From Escherichia phage iGC_PHA_EC001, in sequence record OR437326.1: DNA of 64,000 nt; one strand, written 5' to 3'. The notes below the pieces were generated by a model. The model was not told the DNA's origin, did no database searches, and saw only the letters and a program-made list of their open reading frames with translations. Shown here in pieces: positions 17,118 through 26,545 of the stretch; the stretch's first letter is position 1; each line of letters opens with the position of its first letter. Position numbers and translations under genes: made by a program.

Positions 17118-19361
17118 CTACATTTTACAGGCACTACACCCTTCGTCTTCAGAATCTTCTTGTGCTAAAGAATCTGCTGATTTTGTTCTACTGTTAAGGT
17201 AATACAATGACTTACCACCCAGTCTAGCAAAGTTCAAAATAAATTTCATCTCTTCTTTAACTGATAAACGTCCCCCTACCAATTTAGAATAATCTAGCCA
17301 AGAATCACAAGAAATTCCTTGGTCCGTAAACTTGGTAAAGATACCATACATTTCTGCAAGATCTTTAGCCGGAGTATCCCAGGCAGACTGGTAAAACATT
17401 TTCAGTTTTTCGTAGTCTGGAACAATAAATAATACACTACCTTTCTGACTTTGTTTATACATAATAGTATCACGAACAGGATACAGAGAGTTAGTAGTAT
17501 TGCTTACCAAACTGCTGGACTCATTAGGTGCAATAGCAGCCAAGACACTGTTACGGATACCACCTTGTTCAATGATTTCAGCACGTAAGCCTTCCCAGTC
17601 CATTTTAAGATCAAAATTACCGATACTATCTACTGTTTTAGCATAAGTGTCAATTGGTAGCCAACCTTGAGGCCATTTGGTCTTATCGATCCATTCTGCA
17701 TTACCTTTTTCCTTAGCCAGACGCAGAGAGGCTTTTGCCAACCAAAAGTAATGACGTTCTGCAAGTTCATGCATTAATTTTTTAGCATAAGCATCTGAAT
17801 AATTTACAAAATTACTTGCCAAGTAATGCGCTAAGTTTGTAATGCCTACACCAATAGATCTACGTGCTTTAGCAGTTATTTCGTTATGTTTAAATGGATA
17901 ATCCATTGTTTCAATAACGTTGTCAATTGTCAATACAGTGTAATATGCAACATCCTCATATTCTTCAGGTAAGACACGACCAGCAACAATAGAAGATAAG
18001 AAGCATAAAGCCAATTCTTGATCTTCTGTATTCTCACCAGTAAAGAGATCCGGCATACTGTGGAAAGCTTTAGTTGGTAAGAAGATCTCTTGACACAGGT
18101 TTGATTGATACACCGTATCCAGGAAAGGTGTATGGTTGTTAACGTTGTCAGCAAAGAACATGTAAATACGTCCTGTTTCTGCACGTTGAACAATAATCTC
18201 TGTCAGAAGATCACGAGCCTTAACAAATTTTTTCTTAATGCGACGACGGCTTACTTTGTCATAAACTGCATCAAACTCTTCTTCACTTTTATACAAAGCT
18301 TCATAAAGTTCAGGAGCATCATCACAACTAACTAACATCCAATCTTCGTTTTTTGCTGCTCGACGCAAGAACGAACGGTTAACAACAATAGAATAATCTA
18401 GTTTGTCTACTCGTTTATCTATAGGTGTTGTTGGATTCTTCAGTCGAATTAGATCGTCGAAGTCTGGTTCAAGTATGGTAAAGGTAACTGTAGCACTACC
18501 TCCACGACTTGCTTGCTTCGAAGCTCCAACACTATCTTCCATCCATTTCAGATACGGAAGAAGACCACCATGAATAATACGATTATTCTTAACACCTTGA
18601 CCTGTGGCACGAGTTTGAAGATTAACACCAATACCTGCGTTATTCAACGTATACTCATGAGCTAAGTAATTAGCAATGGCTAAAGATTCTGCCGTATCGT
18701 CTGCACGGAATAAGCAACAAGACGCACTTCCTTTGATTGGAGTTCGTAGAGTTGTCAGATACGGCGATGGCAGATTAATCTTAAGATCGCTAACATAAGT
18801 ATAAAGTTTTTTAATATCTTCTATACGGCGTTCTTTTGGTTGGATCTCCATAACCTTCATTGCGATACCAATGAAAAGAAACTGTGGAGACTCATGCACC
18901 ACATCGTTTACTGCATCTCGAATAAGATATTTATCTACCATCTGACGTAAAACAGAATAACCATAAGTTAGATTTTTATTATGCTTTACAATCTTACCGA
19001 TTTCTTTGATCTCTTCATCAGTATAATCCATTTTATCCCAATGTCCACGTTCTACCATATCATGATAAAAGGTATTCAGTGAAGGGATACTGTGGTATCC
19101 CCCATGAGCCTGTTTGTAAATCATACCCAGAAGAAGTCTTCCTGCCATATCACTGTAAGCTTGTGTTTTCTTGTCAATACACGCTGCAATCATTGCTTTA
19201 TGCAGATCACGTGTAGACACACCGTCATAACACCGCTTCACAGCTTCTAATTCAATTTCAGACCAGTTTAGTTTACCTGCTGCAAATTCAGACCACTTGC
19301 GAAGTTTTTCTGGATTAAACTCCTCTGTCTTACCGTTAGATTTAGTTACAAAACGAATCAA
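17118..19361 (-). CDS. nrdA: ribonucleotide reductase class Ia large (alpha) subunit
   Basis: 747 aa; N-terminal ATP-cone-like region, conserved Cys-containing blocks and C-terminal Cys pair (CSACKM); TTG start after GGGAGGAG RBS. Confidence 0.9.
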   Translation of the reverse strand: MIRFVTKSNGKTEEFNPEKLRKWSEFAAGKLNWSEIELEAVKRCYDGVSTRDLHKAMIAACIDKKTQAYSDMAGRLLLGMIYKQAHGGYHSIPSLNTFYHDMVERGHWDKMDYTDEEIKEIGKIVKHNKNLTYGYSVLRQMVDKYLIRDAVNDVVHESPQFLFIGIAMKVMEIQPKERRIEDIKKLYTYVSDLKINLPSPYLTTLRTPIKGSASCCLFRADDTAESLAIANYLAHEYTLNNAGIGVNLQTRATGQGVKNNRIIHGGLLPYLKWMEDSVGASKQASRGGSATVTFTILEPDFDDLIRLKNPTTPIDKRVDKLDYSIVVNRSFLRRAAKNEDWMLVSCDDAPELYEALYKSEEEFDAVYDKVSRRRIKKKFVKARDLLTEIIVQRAETGRIYMFFADNVNNHTPFLDTVYQSNLCQEIFLPTKAFHSMPDLFTGENTEDQELALCFLSSIVAGRVLPEEYEDVAYYTVLTIDNVIETMDYPFKHNEITAKARRSIGVGITNLAHYLASNFVNYSDAYAKKLMHELAERHYFWLAKASLRLAKEKGNAEWIDKTKWPQGWLPIDTYAKTVDSIGNFDLKMDWEGLRAEIIEQGGIRNSVLAAIAPNESSSLVSNTTNSLYPVRDTIMYKQSQKGSVLFIVPDYEKLKMFYQSAWDTPAKDLAEMYGIFTKFTDQGISCDSWLDYSKLVGGRLSVKEEMKFILNFARLGGKSLYYLNSRTKSADSLAQEDSEDEGCSACKM

Positions 19362-19377
19362 CTTCTCCTCCCTATTA

Positions 19378-19632
19378 TTAATGCATATTCAAAACATCTA
19401 CATCATAACCGAACTTCATTTCATTAAAAAGTCCATTAGCATATAGAAAACCTTCAAAATGAGTTATGTCATCAAACCCTTTTGCTTTTGCTCGACGGTC
19501 TGCTTCTTGTCTTTTAGGAGATAAACGTTTTGAAGTGTCTAGAATTACAGTTACATTACAACCAACAGTTTCATCAAAATAGACTTCGATTTCACAGCCT
19601 TCATATTTATTATCAGTCATTGTCCCTCTCAT
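19378..19632 (-). CDS. hypothetical protein
   Basis: 84-aa ORF. Confidence 0.45.
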   Translation of the reverse strand: MRGTMTDNKYEGCEIEVYFDETVGCNVTVILDTSKRLSPKRQEADRRAKAKGFDDITHFEGFLYANGLFNEMKFGYDVDVLNMH

Positions 19633-20040
19633 TGATTAGTATCATCTGCTTTCGCAGGATCATAAGAGTTACCGAAATCATCCATCTTAATATGTGACGC
19701 ACCCCAACCTGTAAATTCTTCATCACCAAAATGAAAAATATCATTTTCTTGATAGATTCGTTTAAAACCACAATTAGGTGAAACAGGGAAAGTGAAAAGC
19801 GTTGTATTTGCAAACACTACCCGCTTATCGTTATTGCTTCGGATATTCACATTACGCTCAACAGAATAATGTGAATCTTCAGCCATACCCAGCATTACAA
19901 GCGACGCTCTAATAACAGCATTTTGTTTCTCGTGTGGGATATTGCCATTGTGTTTATTTGATTCTAGTTTCCAGATAGGGGTAGACATTACAGTAGACAT
20001 GCTTACGGTAGCCCAAGTTGTAGTATTTACTAATGACATA
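19629..20040 (-). CDS. hypothetical protein
   Basis: start set at MSLVN after GAAGGAGAAAAT RBS; the track's upstream ATG would translate through a GC hairpin. Confidence 0.45.
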
Positions 20041-20056
20041 TTTTCTCCTTCGTTTT

Positions 20057-20080
20057 GAATGGGAGGACTCACCTCCTCCC
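20057..20080 (-). other. perfect inverted repeat GGGAGGA(GG/..)TCCTCCC, stem-loop between ThyX-like gene and next gene
   Basis: plus 20057-20080 gggaggactcacctcctccc; no strong T-run, so regulatory or processing hairpin rather than canonical terminator. Confidence 0.4.
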
Positions 20081-20137
20081 AGTATTGTGCTATATTATAC
20101 TAAAACTAATACTAAAGTCAATAACTATTTAAACAGA

Positions 20138-21136
20138 TCACCATTTAGTATGATTTGTTAAAAGTTGACGATGTTGAATCCAGCCTTTGAAATTGCCAGA
20201 CCAAAACTTACCATTACGATCTACATGGGTAATACCTGGTTCCCAAGAGTTAAAATCCCAAGGAGCATTGATAAACAAATCTTCAAAACAGTTCTCTCCA
20301 TATTGTTCGCATGTTTCTTGCATTGGAGTGGCTTGATGTTCAAACGGAGAAGCATGAACCTTGCGCCCAGTCAGCAAGCGACCATAGATATCTAAAGCTT
20401 TATCTTTAGTTGCATTTAAACGACGATAGCTAACCTGTGCACAACACGAAGCTGAAATAGCTTTGGCTTCTTCCAAAGTAAGCACAACGACTTCTCCAGA
20501 TTCATCTTGAACGTAGTATCCACCAAAAACAAAATGATCGTCACCTTCTGTGCCAATAGTATCATAGAAATGGTCTACATAAGGTGTGTGCCATTGCCCT
20601 GGTTTCAGCACTTCTGGTGTAGATCCTTCATACTCTTTGTGCATCTCTTTAGCCAAAGCTTCGATAGTAGGATCGGCTTCTTTGTCATCACGTAGCCACC
20701 AGAAATTTTCATATTCTGTTGCTGTCAGAACTGTTTTAATTCGTTGGAAAGGTTCCAGAAGACGGTTTGCAACTTGTTTATGGTACCCTGCCAAAGAGAA
20801 TTCTTCTGCAAAACGTGCTGCACTAAGCGCGGCAAGATCCCACCACTCTTGAGCAGTATAACCTGCATCAATAAGAGCGTCATGATCAACACCTTTATCC
20901 TGCATACCAGGCTGGTTAGCCCCAAAACGATAAGGACGAGCAGGTTGATTTCGCACCATTTCAATCAGTGTTTTAACAGGTATAGCACGGCTAGAAGCAG
21001 CATTACGACTGAACAGGCGGTGAGTCATCAATTCTGAATGAATAATACGTGGATATTCTAGTTCAAAAGTTACAATCTCTTTTCCGTCTTCAGTGATGGA
21101 ATGCGCAATAATACTAGCCGAAATCTGTTTTGTCAT
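20138..21136 (-). CDS. thyX: flavin-dependent thymidylate synthase-like protein (ThyX family, variant motif)
   Basis: THRLFSRNAASSR resembles ThyX RHR-x7-S-x-R motif (first Arg replaced by Thr); HASPFEHQ resembles HAQWE block; 332 aa, longer than typical ThyX. Confidence 0.6.
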   Translation of the reverse strand: MTKQISASIIAHSITEDGKEIVTFELEYPRIIHSELMTHRLFSRNAASSRAIPVKTLIEMVRNQPARPYRFGANQPGMQDKGVDHDALIDAGYTAQEWWDLAALSAARFAEEFSLAGYHKQVANRLLEPFQRIKTVLTATEYENFWWLRDDKEADPTIEALAKEMHKEYEGSTPEVLKPGQWHTPYVDHFYDTIGTEGDDHFVFGGYYVQDESGEVVVLTLEEAKAISASCCAQVSYRRLNATKDKALDIYGRLLTGRKVHASPFEHQATPMQETCEQYGENCFEDLFINAPWDFNSWEPGITHVDRNGKFWSGNFKGWIQHRQLLTNHTKW

Positions 21137-21145
21137 TTTTTATCC

Positions 21146-21754
21146 TTAGTTTTTAAAATTGTTCAAAGTGTTAAAAACATCCAAACATGTTAGCCACTGA
21201 TCTTCTAAACCTGTGATCACAACATTTGGTTTTTTCTTTAGTTCTTCTAGATGGTTATCTTTATAAGGCGTATTAAAATATATTTTAACCACTTCATCTG
21301 GAAAATATAGTAGGTTATCAGCCCTGTCATCTATTGCTATATCACAAGGCAATAAGTATTTTTCTTTCGTAGCAAAAAAGCCGTTACCAGATCCTTTGCT
21401 AAAATCAATCGTATCTAATGTTCTTAAAACATGCTTATGTTTAGAACTTAAGTGACCACCTTTTGTCACACTTGCGATCAAAAGATTGCTACCTTTCCTT
21501 GAAACATACTTTAAGAAATCTGGCATACCTGGAACAAAACCCATTGTATCATAGAGATGAGGATTATCCAGAAATCCGTAAGGATCTATATTGAACTCCT
21601 CCCTGAAACCAGGAAAGTAGTTGGTAAGATCATAGTCTGCATTTTTTGTGAATGTGTCTATCTTAACACCAAGTCCACTAATCTTATTCAACCATTCTAA
21701 CCAAGCAACATCTAATGGAGCCACAACTAAATCCCAATCACATACTATCTGCAT
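21146..21754 (-). CDS. HAD-superfamily 5'(3')-deoxyribonucleotidase-like protein
   Basis: N-terminal MQIVCDWDLVV fits HAD motif I DxDxV; size and context with nucleotide metabolism genes. Confidence 0.55.
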   Translation of the reverse strand: MQIVCDWDLVVAPLDVAWLEWLNKISGLGVKIDTFTKNADYDLTNYFPGFREEFNIDPYGFLDNPHLYDTMGFVPGMPDFLKYVSRKGSNLLIASVTKGGHLSSKHKHVLRTLDTIDFSKGSGNGFFATKEKYLLPCDIAIDDRADNLLYFPDEVVKIYFNTPYKDNHLEELKKKPNVVITGLEDQWLTCLDVFNTLNNFKN

Positions 21755-21790
21755 AAAACCTCCTCTCTCTTTTAGTATAGTTATCTTATA

Positions 21791-22366
21791 CTAACTTTCA
21801 ATTTCCTGCAATAGGATTTTGACTATTTGTTTACGGCGTTTTGCTACTGTGCTTTCAGGTTCTATTTTACGCTTCTTCAGCCACGCTTTATCTTTCTTAG
21901 CTCTACACAAAGCTATCGCTTCTTTTTCAGCTTTTGCTTCTTCAAAAGATATGCCTTGCTTGTCTGCATAAGCAAGAATAGAGTTGCACAATTTACAAAC
22001 CATTCGCAAATCTTCTTCTTTCACATAGATCAAACGGAAAACAAAAAGGGGAATATCCTCAAAACATTGAAGTTGTTTTGCTGCGTGAATATGATCCACT
22101 TGGAAGTCTTTCATTCCTCCTCTGTGTCCACATATTTCGCACTCACAATTCCAAACTTGTTTTGGTTTTCCAGTTTTCTTGTCTATCATCACATTGCCGT
22201 CTTTATCTACACGATCAACTTTAAAACGCCTTGCATTGATAACCTTAATTTTATTAGGGTGTCTCATCCATGCTTTTCTAAAACATCCCCTAAGATAAGT
22301 ATAAAATTCAGCTTGTGTTTTCCAGGGTGTTCCTTCACCCCACATTATTTTTGGTTCACCTGCCAA
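21791..22366 (-). CDS. HNH homing endonuclease
   Basis: CECEICGHRG ... FQVDHIH ... CKLCNS HNH/zinc motif; probable TTG start after GGTGAG RBS. Confidence 0.7.
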   Translation of the reverse strand: MAGEPKIMWGEGTPWKTQAEFYTYLRGCFRKAWMRHPNKIKVINARRFKVDRVDKDGNVMIDKKTGKPKQVWNCECEICGHRGGMKDFQVDHIHAAKQLQCFEDIPLFVFRLIYVKEEDLRMVCKLCNSILAYADKQGISFEEAKAEKEAIALCRAKKDKAWLKKRKIEPESTVAKRRKQIVKILLQEIES

Positions 22367-22410
22367 TATTGCTCACCTTTTTAGCTGTATATTCCCCTGG
22401 TGGGATATTG

Positions 22411-22443
22411 TGTTTAAAAAACAAAAGGCGGTCTAACCCCGCC
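22411..22443 (-). terminator. intrinsic terminator
   Basis: minus strand GGCGGGGTTAGACCGCC hairpin followed by TTTTGTTTTTT. Confidence 0.6.
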
Positions 22444-22533
22444 TTGCACATTGTTTCTGGAATAGTCAAAGTTAGTAAAAGTTTATCACCTTTTCGGTTG
22501 AATATTTTATAAACTTCTCCTGCTCCATATTGT

Positions 22534-22935
22534 TTAGTATTGCTCGCCACTAATACGTTCCTTAAGTTGTTTAATAGCTTCGATTGCATCTACATAAGAA
22601 GAGTTATACATGTGTTTCAGTGCTACTCGTATTAAAGGATCTTTTGTGAAGAAATCAATAAGAAGCATAGCTTGATCATGTTTAGCTGCATTTGTCATAG
22701 ATGGATAATTTTCACGAACCATATACGTGTTATTTTGCATAAGGGTTCTTTCTAGTTCAATACAATGAATAGCTTTATCTAGGTTAATCTGACGTTCACC
22801 TTTAATACGTGTTGCATATTTTGCCAATTTGCAAAAACAAGGTGTGCCACCAACCAAATAAGCTAGTTCAATAGGTTGCATTGCCATTTTTGTGTAGTGA
22901 TCACCGTCAACCTGATTATCAAAAGCATTAGACAT
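22534..22935 (-). CDS. hypothetical protein
   Basis: 133-aa ORF containing GDHYTKMAMQPIELAYL; family assignment not attempted. Confidence 0.45.
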   Translation of the reverse strand: MSNAFDNQVDGDHYTKMAMQPIELAYLVGGTPCFCKLAKYATRIKGERQINLDKAIHCIELERTLMQNNTYMVRENYPSMTNAAKHDQAMLLIDFFTKDPLIRVALKHMYNSSYVDAIEAIKQLKERISGEQY

Positions 22936-23191
22936 AATTTTCCTCCTGAATTCCTACTGCGCCTTCTTCTGGGTAGTCTGTATAATAAGCTACCCTACCT
23001 TGATAGATAACATCACCATCATCATTGTAGATTGCTGTATCTTCTTGAATTGTTATTTCAACATCAAGTAAATCTGGGTCTTTCTCGATGGTATAGTTCA
23101 AACCTAACATTTCAAACAGTTCGAAAATTTCGTTACCTGTTAATGTAATGCTCATATTTCCTCCTTTTATTGTGGTTAGCAGAGTATACAC
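22928..23191 (-). CDS. hypothetical protein
   Basis: 87-aa ORF, acidic. Confidence 0.45.
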   Translation of the reverse strand: MYTLLTTIKGGNMSITLTGNEIFELFEMLGLNYTIEKDPDLLDVEITIQEDTAIYNDDGDVIYQGRVAYYTDYPEEGAVGIQEENYV

Positions 23192-23241
23192 TAATATAAA
23201 ATTTTTGTCAATAAAAAAGGGAGCAATAAGCTCCCTGATTA

Positions 23242-24201
23242 TTAGATTCCAATAATAGTTGCTGCTCGTTTATCTTTGGATCTGGTGTTTGCTCTACTAC
23301 GTGACAAACCTCCACAAGATTCACAACGAATGATATCGAAAGAACTTACCGCAGTGTGGTATTGCTTACCAGTAACAACGTGAACATGATCACTGCCGCA
23401 ACGAGAACAACGGACTTTCTCATCTGGGTAATAAGCGGATAAGTTAGGATGCTGTGGAATCCACGGAAGGATTTTCATATACAAATCACGGAGTGAAACA
23501 ACATCGCCATCATTGTAAATCTGCATACGTTCAAAAGCATCACGATCACCTTCACAACATGCTTTCCATAAAGGGAACCCCTCGTTATCCAGTTTTTCAC
23601 TTTCTGTTTCGAAATATGCTCCCATTTCTTTAAGGGAGTTGGAAGGAAGTGCAAATTGTTTCTTAGCTGCCTTCAATGTATCAACAACTACATAATTAGA
23701 AGGAGGAGCCATATCGTGATATGCAAATCGTTGGTTAATGTATGCACGGTCAAACTTATACCCGTTGTGTGCCACAACTACATCTGCCTCGTTCAGAAGG
23801 TTCCAAAGATCTTGGCAAAGCTCCCAATCATCTGTATGATCAATATCAAAAAGAGGATAAGAAGACAAGTTCTTACCTTCTACTTCACCTGTATACAAAT
23901 CAGCAGAAGAGTAAGATAACAAATAACCCCTACGAATTACCTGGTCTGGAGAAATGAAGGCTTTGAATCGACGGAAAGTATATGCAATCTCTGGTGCAGT
24001 TTCAACATCAATAATTTTAATAACTGGTTGTTTCTTTTTAACTGGCTCTTGTTTACTTGCACCGAAACGTGCAAGGAAATCATTTACTGTGCTTTTTCTT
24101 GTTGGACTACCTAAAACAATTGCTGCAATATTACGAGAAGACATACCCTCTGCACTCATACTAAGGATATCTGCTTTCTGCTCTTCTGTTAATCTGCTCA
24201 C
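23242..24201 (-). CDS. DnaQ-like (DEDD) 3'-5' exonuclease with N-terminal HTH and C-terminal Cys-rich zinc-binding region
   Basis: Exo I IIDVETAP, Exo II HNGYKFD, Exo III YNDGD; C-terminal CSRCGS...CESCGG; GTG start after AGGAGG RBS. Confidence 0.55.
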   Translation of the reverse strand: MSRLTEEQKADILSMSAEGMSSRNIAAIVLGSPTRKSTVNDFLARFGASKQEPVKKKQPVIKIIDVETAPEIAYTFRRFKAFISPDQVIRRGYLLSYSSADLYTGEVEGKNLSSYPLFDIDHTDDWELCQDLWNLLNEADVVVAHNGYKFDRAYINQRFAYHDMAPPSNYVVVDTLKAAKKQFALPSNSLKEMGAYFETESEKLDNEGFPLWKACCEGDRDAFERMQIYNDGDVVSLRDLYMKILPWIPQHPNLSAYYPDEKVRCSRCGSDHVHVVTGKQYHTAVSSFDIIRCESCGGLSRSRANTRSKDKRAATIIGI

Positions 24202-25316
24202 TCTGCCTCCTGTTGTGAGATGTATGACTGAAGCATACTCTCAAATGTTGTATCGTCATTATCCCAGCGTTTCATGTATACCAACTGGAAAATTGTTTCT
24301 ATCCATTCATCTGTTGTCATATGGACTTCTTCTCCATCCCAAGAAGTAAAATTAACACCATCTGGGAACCATGAGTAGTAAGTATCTTTAACTGTTTGGA
24401 AAAGTTCTGCTTGAGTTTTACAAGCTGAAAGAAGATTAAAACAAGTAATATCTCCGAACTTAATATCAAAATCTTGATAAGGTCGGATACTATCTGTTTT
24501 ATCCCCCATTAGCATCTGATATGCTAACCAGTAACTGCCCCAACCTTTAACTTCTTTCTTTTTACCTTTATCTACGATCCATATATCGCCAATAGACTCG
24601 TCAATAAGAATTATATCTGGATTTTTAAATACTCCATCCTCTTTGTAGAAATTAAAAAGGATACTAGGAGTATGTAAACTATCTTTATCTATAGACACTA
24701 CGATATAAGAAAATTTACCCGTCCTTTTATAATCTTTATAACCTTGGAAACCATACTTCTCTAACTCATCATCAGCTTCTATTACAGTAACAACATCACC
24801 ATTGTGGAACTCCACAAGATAATCTTTGGTTTCTGAAAGCTGAAGTGGTTTGATATCTAATCGTTCAGATTTATATTCTACAGGCATTTTGAAGGCGTGT
24901 CTGAAAGTTTTTCCTACGCCAATAACTCCGCAATATTTTTCTAAACGTAGATGTTTTAGAATACCTAAGACTTTTGTTTTAGCTGCTTGGAAGGTGTGTC
25001 CGATATCTTCTGGCGGGTATTGCTTATCAATGATTTCGAACTCTTCCTTTGTGAAGGGACGTTTGTTTTTGGAGGCTCTTTCTGCATTTGTATCTCCTAG
25101 CCAACCTCCAATTTTAGTCTTGCTTTTACCCCAAAACTCTGTCTTATTTTTAAATTCCTTTTGAGCACCTGAAGGGATGTGCTTCGCAATGATTGTTCTT
25201 TTCTCTAACGCAGATGCTGCTTGGAAAGCGATCTGATCATAATCAATTGCAGCTATTGTTTCTTCGTTGACATATAAATGAAGATCTTCAGGTTTAATTA
25301 AAATATAACCGCTAAT
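24198..25316 (-). CDS. FEN-family 5'-3' exonuclease / flap endonuclease (T4 RNase H, T5 D15-like); start codon unresolved
   Basis: EADD, DESIGD and LMGDKTDSIRPY blocks match FEN signature; reading frame is open for 147 codons upstream of first ATG (24887) with no ATG/GTG/TTG; candidate ATT start at 25314-25316 after GGGGGA. Confidence 0.5.
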   Translation of the reverse strand: MSGYILIKPEDLHLYVNEETIAAIDYDQIAFQAASALEKRTIIAKHIPSGAQKEFKNKTEFWGKSKTKIGGWLGDTNAERASKNKRPFTKEEFEIIDKQYPPEDIGHTFQAAKTKVLGILKHLRLEKYCGVIGVGKTFRHAFKMPVEYKSERLDIKPLQLSETKDYLVEFHNGDVVTVIEADDELEKYGFQGYKDYKRTGKFSYIVVSIDKDSLHTPSILFNFYKEDGVFKNPDIILIDESIGDIWIVDKGKKKEVKGWGSYWLAYQMLMGDKTDSIRPYQDFDIKFGDITCFNLLSACKTQAELFQTVKDTYYSWFPDGVNFTSWDGEEVHMTTDEWIETIFQLVYMKRWDNDDTTFESMLQSYISQQEAE

Positions 25317-25328
25317 ATTTCCCCCTAA

Positions 25329-25538
25329 TTATTCATCGTCATCCTCTGTTGAGAATGTTTTAGTATACGGACATTGACGACTTTTCGGGATTGCTATAAC
25401 TTCATCTTGGTTAGCGTTAGAATAGTAGCAATATTTTGTGTTGCCATTAACTTCAGAATCAGACAAGATTAAAGTAATTTGACCTGCTGCTACTGTGAAA
25501 CTAAAAGCTAAAAGAACGACTGTCAGAATCTTTTTCAT
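25329..25538 (-). CDS. small secreted/periplasmic protein with N-terminal signal peptide
   Basis: MKKILTVVLLAFSFTVAAGQ signal-like N-terminus, acidic C-terminus; RBS AGGAGGCG. Confidence 0.5.
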   Translation of the reverse strand: MKKILTVVLLAFSFTVAAGQITLILSDSEVNGNTKYCYYSNANQDEVIAIPKSRQCPYTKTFSTEDDDE

Positions 25539-25548
25539 AACGCCTCCT

Positions 25549-25577
25549 AAAAAGCCTACCTCATTAAGTAGGTAGGC
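25549..25577 (-). terminator. intrinsic terminator
   Basis: inverted repeat GCCTACC ... GGTAGGC followed on minus strand by TTTTT directly before RBS of 25329-25538. Confidence 0.55.
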
Positions 25578-25610
25578 ATAATATCATAACTAATCCCGCA
25601 AGTCAAGAAC

Positions 25611-26489
25611 TTATTTAAGGATTGTTGCTTTGGTTAAATCTTCCATCAGACCTCGAATCTCATTGAAGCACAGAAGGACCGAAGCTTCAATACTACCTTC
25701 TTCGTCTGCAAAATATTTCGGAAAACGTAGTTTAGAAAGTTTAAACTCTTTATCCACTACAAAATCTACAACACCGTCATATTCAAGACCGATTGCAACA
25801 ACATCTTTACCATCTTCTTTTAGTTCGACAGCTTTAGACTCGTATAGGGATTCTTTACTCCAAACAACAACGCCCTCGCTATCCTCCATTTTGATATAAT
25901 TTCCGAGAGTAATACGATCTGCTTCGTGATTCTCCAGCAATTCACCAAAACCTTTTACAATAGCTTCTTCATGCACACTAAAACCTACCGAAGGGAAAGT
26001 CCCCAGAACGGAACGGAGGAAAGAAGTAATCTCTTCTGCAACCTTTTTACTTCCATTAAGAACATAAAGAAGATTCGTAGTTTTATCCAAGACAACATAG
26101 TTAAAGAAATCTTCAGGTTCTGTTTCAGGCAATAGTGCAAATTCAATATCTTCCTTCATTGCTTTGACTACTTCTTTATCGACATAAAACTCTTTACCTT
26201 CGCTCTCCATGTCCTGACGCATTTCTTCTAGCCGTTCATTCAGAATACGTTTAACTTTCTTTTTATCTACCTTCTTCACAGATTGACCTACATTAAGCAG
26301 TTCAAGATCTGAGAACTCTTTTACAAATTTAGAGTCATCTTCGAAACGAACAAGACCGATAGTGTGTGACTGGGAGCCTTCTGCTGTTACAAATTCCAGA
26401 GGAATATCTGTAATGCTGTTAAGGGATGCTACAGAAGCATTGTCACCAACAACCATAGGCAGAGCGGATTTAAAAGATTTTACAAACAT
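25611..26489 (-). CDS. RdgC-like recombination-associated protein
   Basis: YVLNGSKKVAEEITSFLRSVLGTFPSVGFSV resembles RdgC block [37 protein letters not shown]; about 290 aa as RdgC. Confidence 0.5.
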   Translation of the reverse strand: MFVKSFKSALPMVVGDNASVASLNSITDIPLEFVTAEGSQSHTIGLVRFEDDSKFVKEFSDLELLNVGQSVKKVDKKKVKRILNERLEEMRQDMESEGKEFYVDKEVVKAMKEDIEFALLPETEPEDFFNYVVLDKTTNLLYVLNGSKKVAEEITSFLRSVLGTFPSVGFSVHEEAIVKGFGELLENHEADRITLGNYIKMEDSEGVVVWSKESLYESKAVELKEDGKDVVAIGLEYDGVVDFVVDKEFKLSKLRFPKYFADEEGSIEASVLLCFNEIRGLMEDLTKATILK

Positions 26490-26545
26490 GTTTCCTCCTA
26501 TTTAATACATCTCACATTACCGCCCGTAAAGGGCGGCTTACAACA

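Noticed and set aside
17930-18335. Small ORFs on both strands inside nrdA (17930-18193 minus, 18105-18335 plus)
   Set aside because: Embedded in or antisense to the well-conserved nrdA frame; considered as possible intron or intein signs, but the nrdA frame is uninterrupted and colinear, so no insertion is inferred
19629-20072. Upstream ATG (20072) as start of gene 19629-20040, and dUTPase identity for this protein
   Set aside because: The upstream ATG would translate through a perfect GC inverted repeat, whereas the internal ATG at 20040 has a GAAGGAGAAAAT RBS; no dUTPase motifs could be matched, so the protein is left hypothetical
22356-22589. 77-aa minus-strand ORF between the HNH gene and gene 22534-22935
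   Set aside because: Reading frame runs straight through a strong intrinsic terminator hairpin (22411-22443) and overlaps both neighbours; more likely non-coding intergenic sequence
24850-25164. 104-aa plus-strand ORF opposite the N-terminal region of the FEN-like gene
   Set aside because: The minus-strand frame here encodes conserved FEN N-terminal sequence; the plus-strand ORF is its antisense shadow
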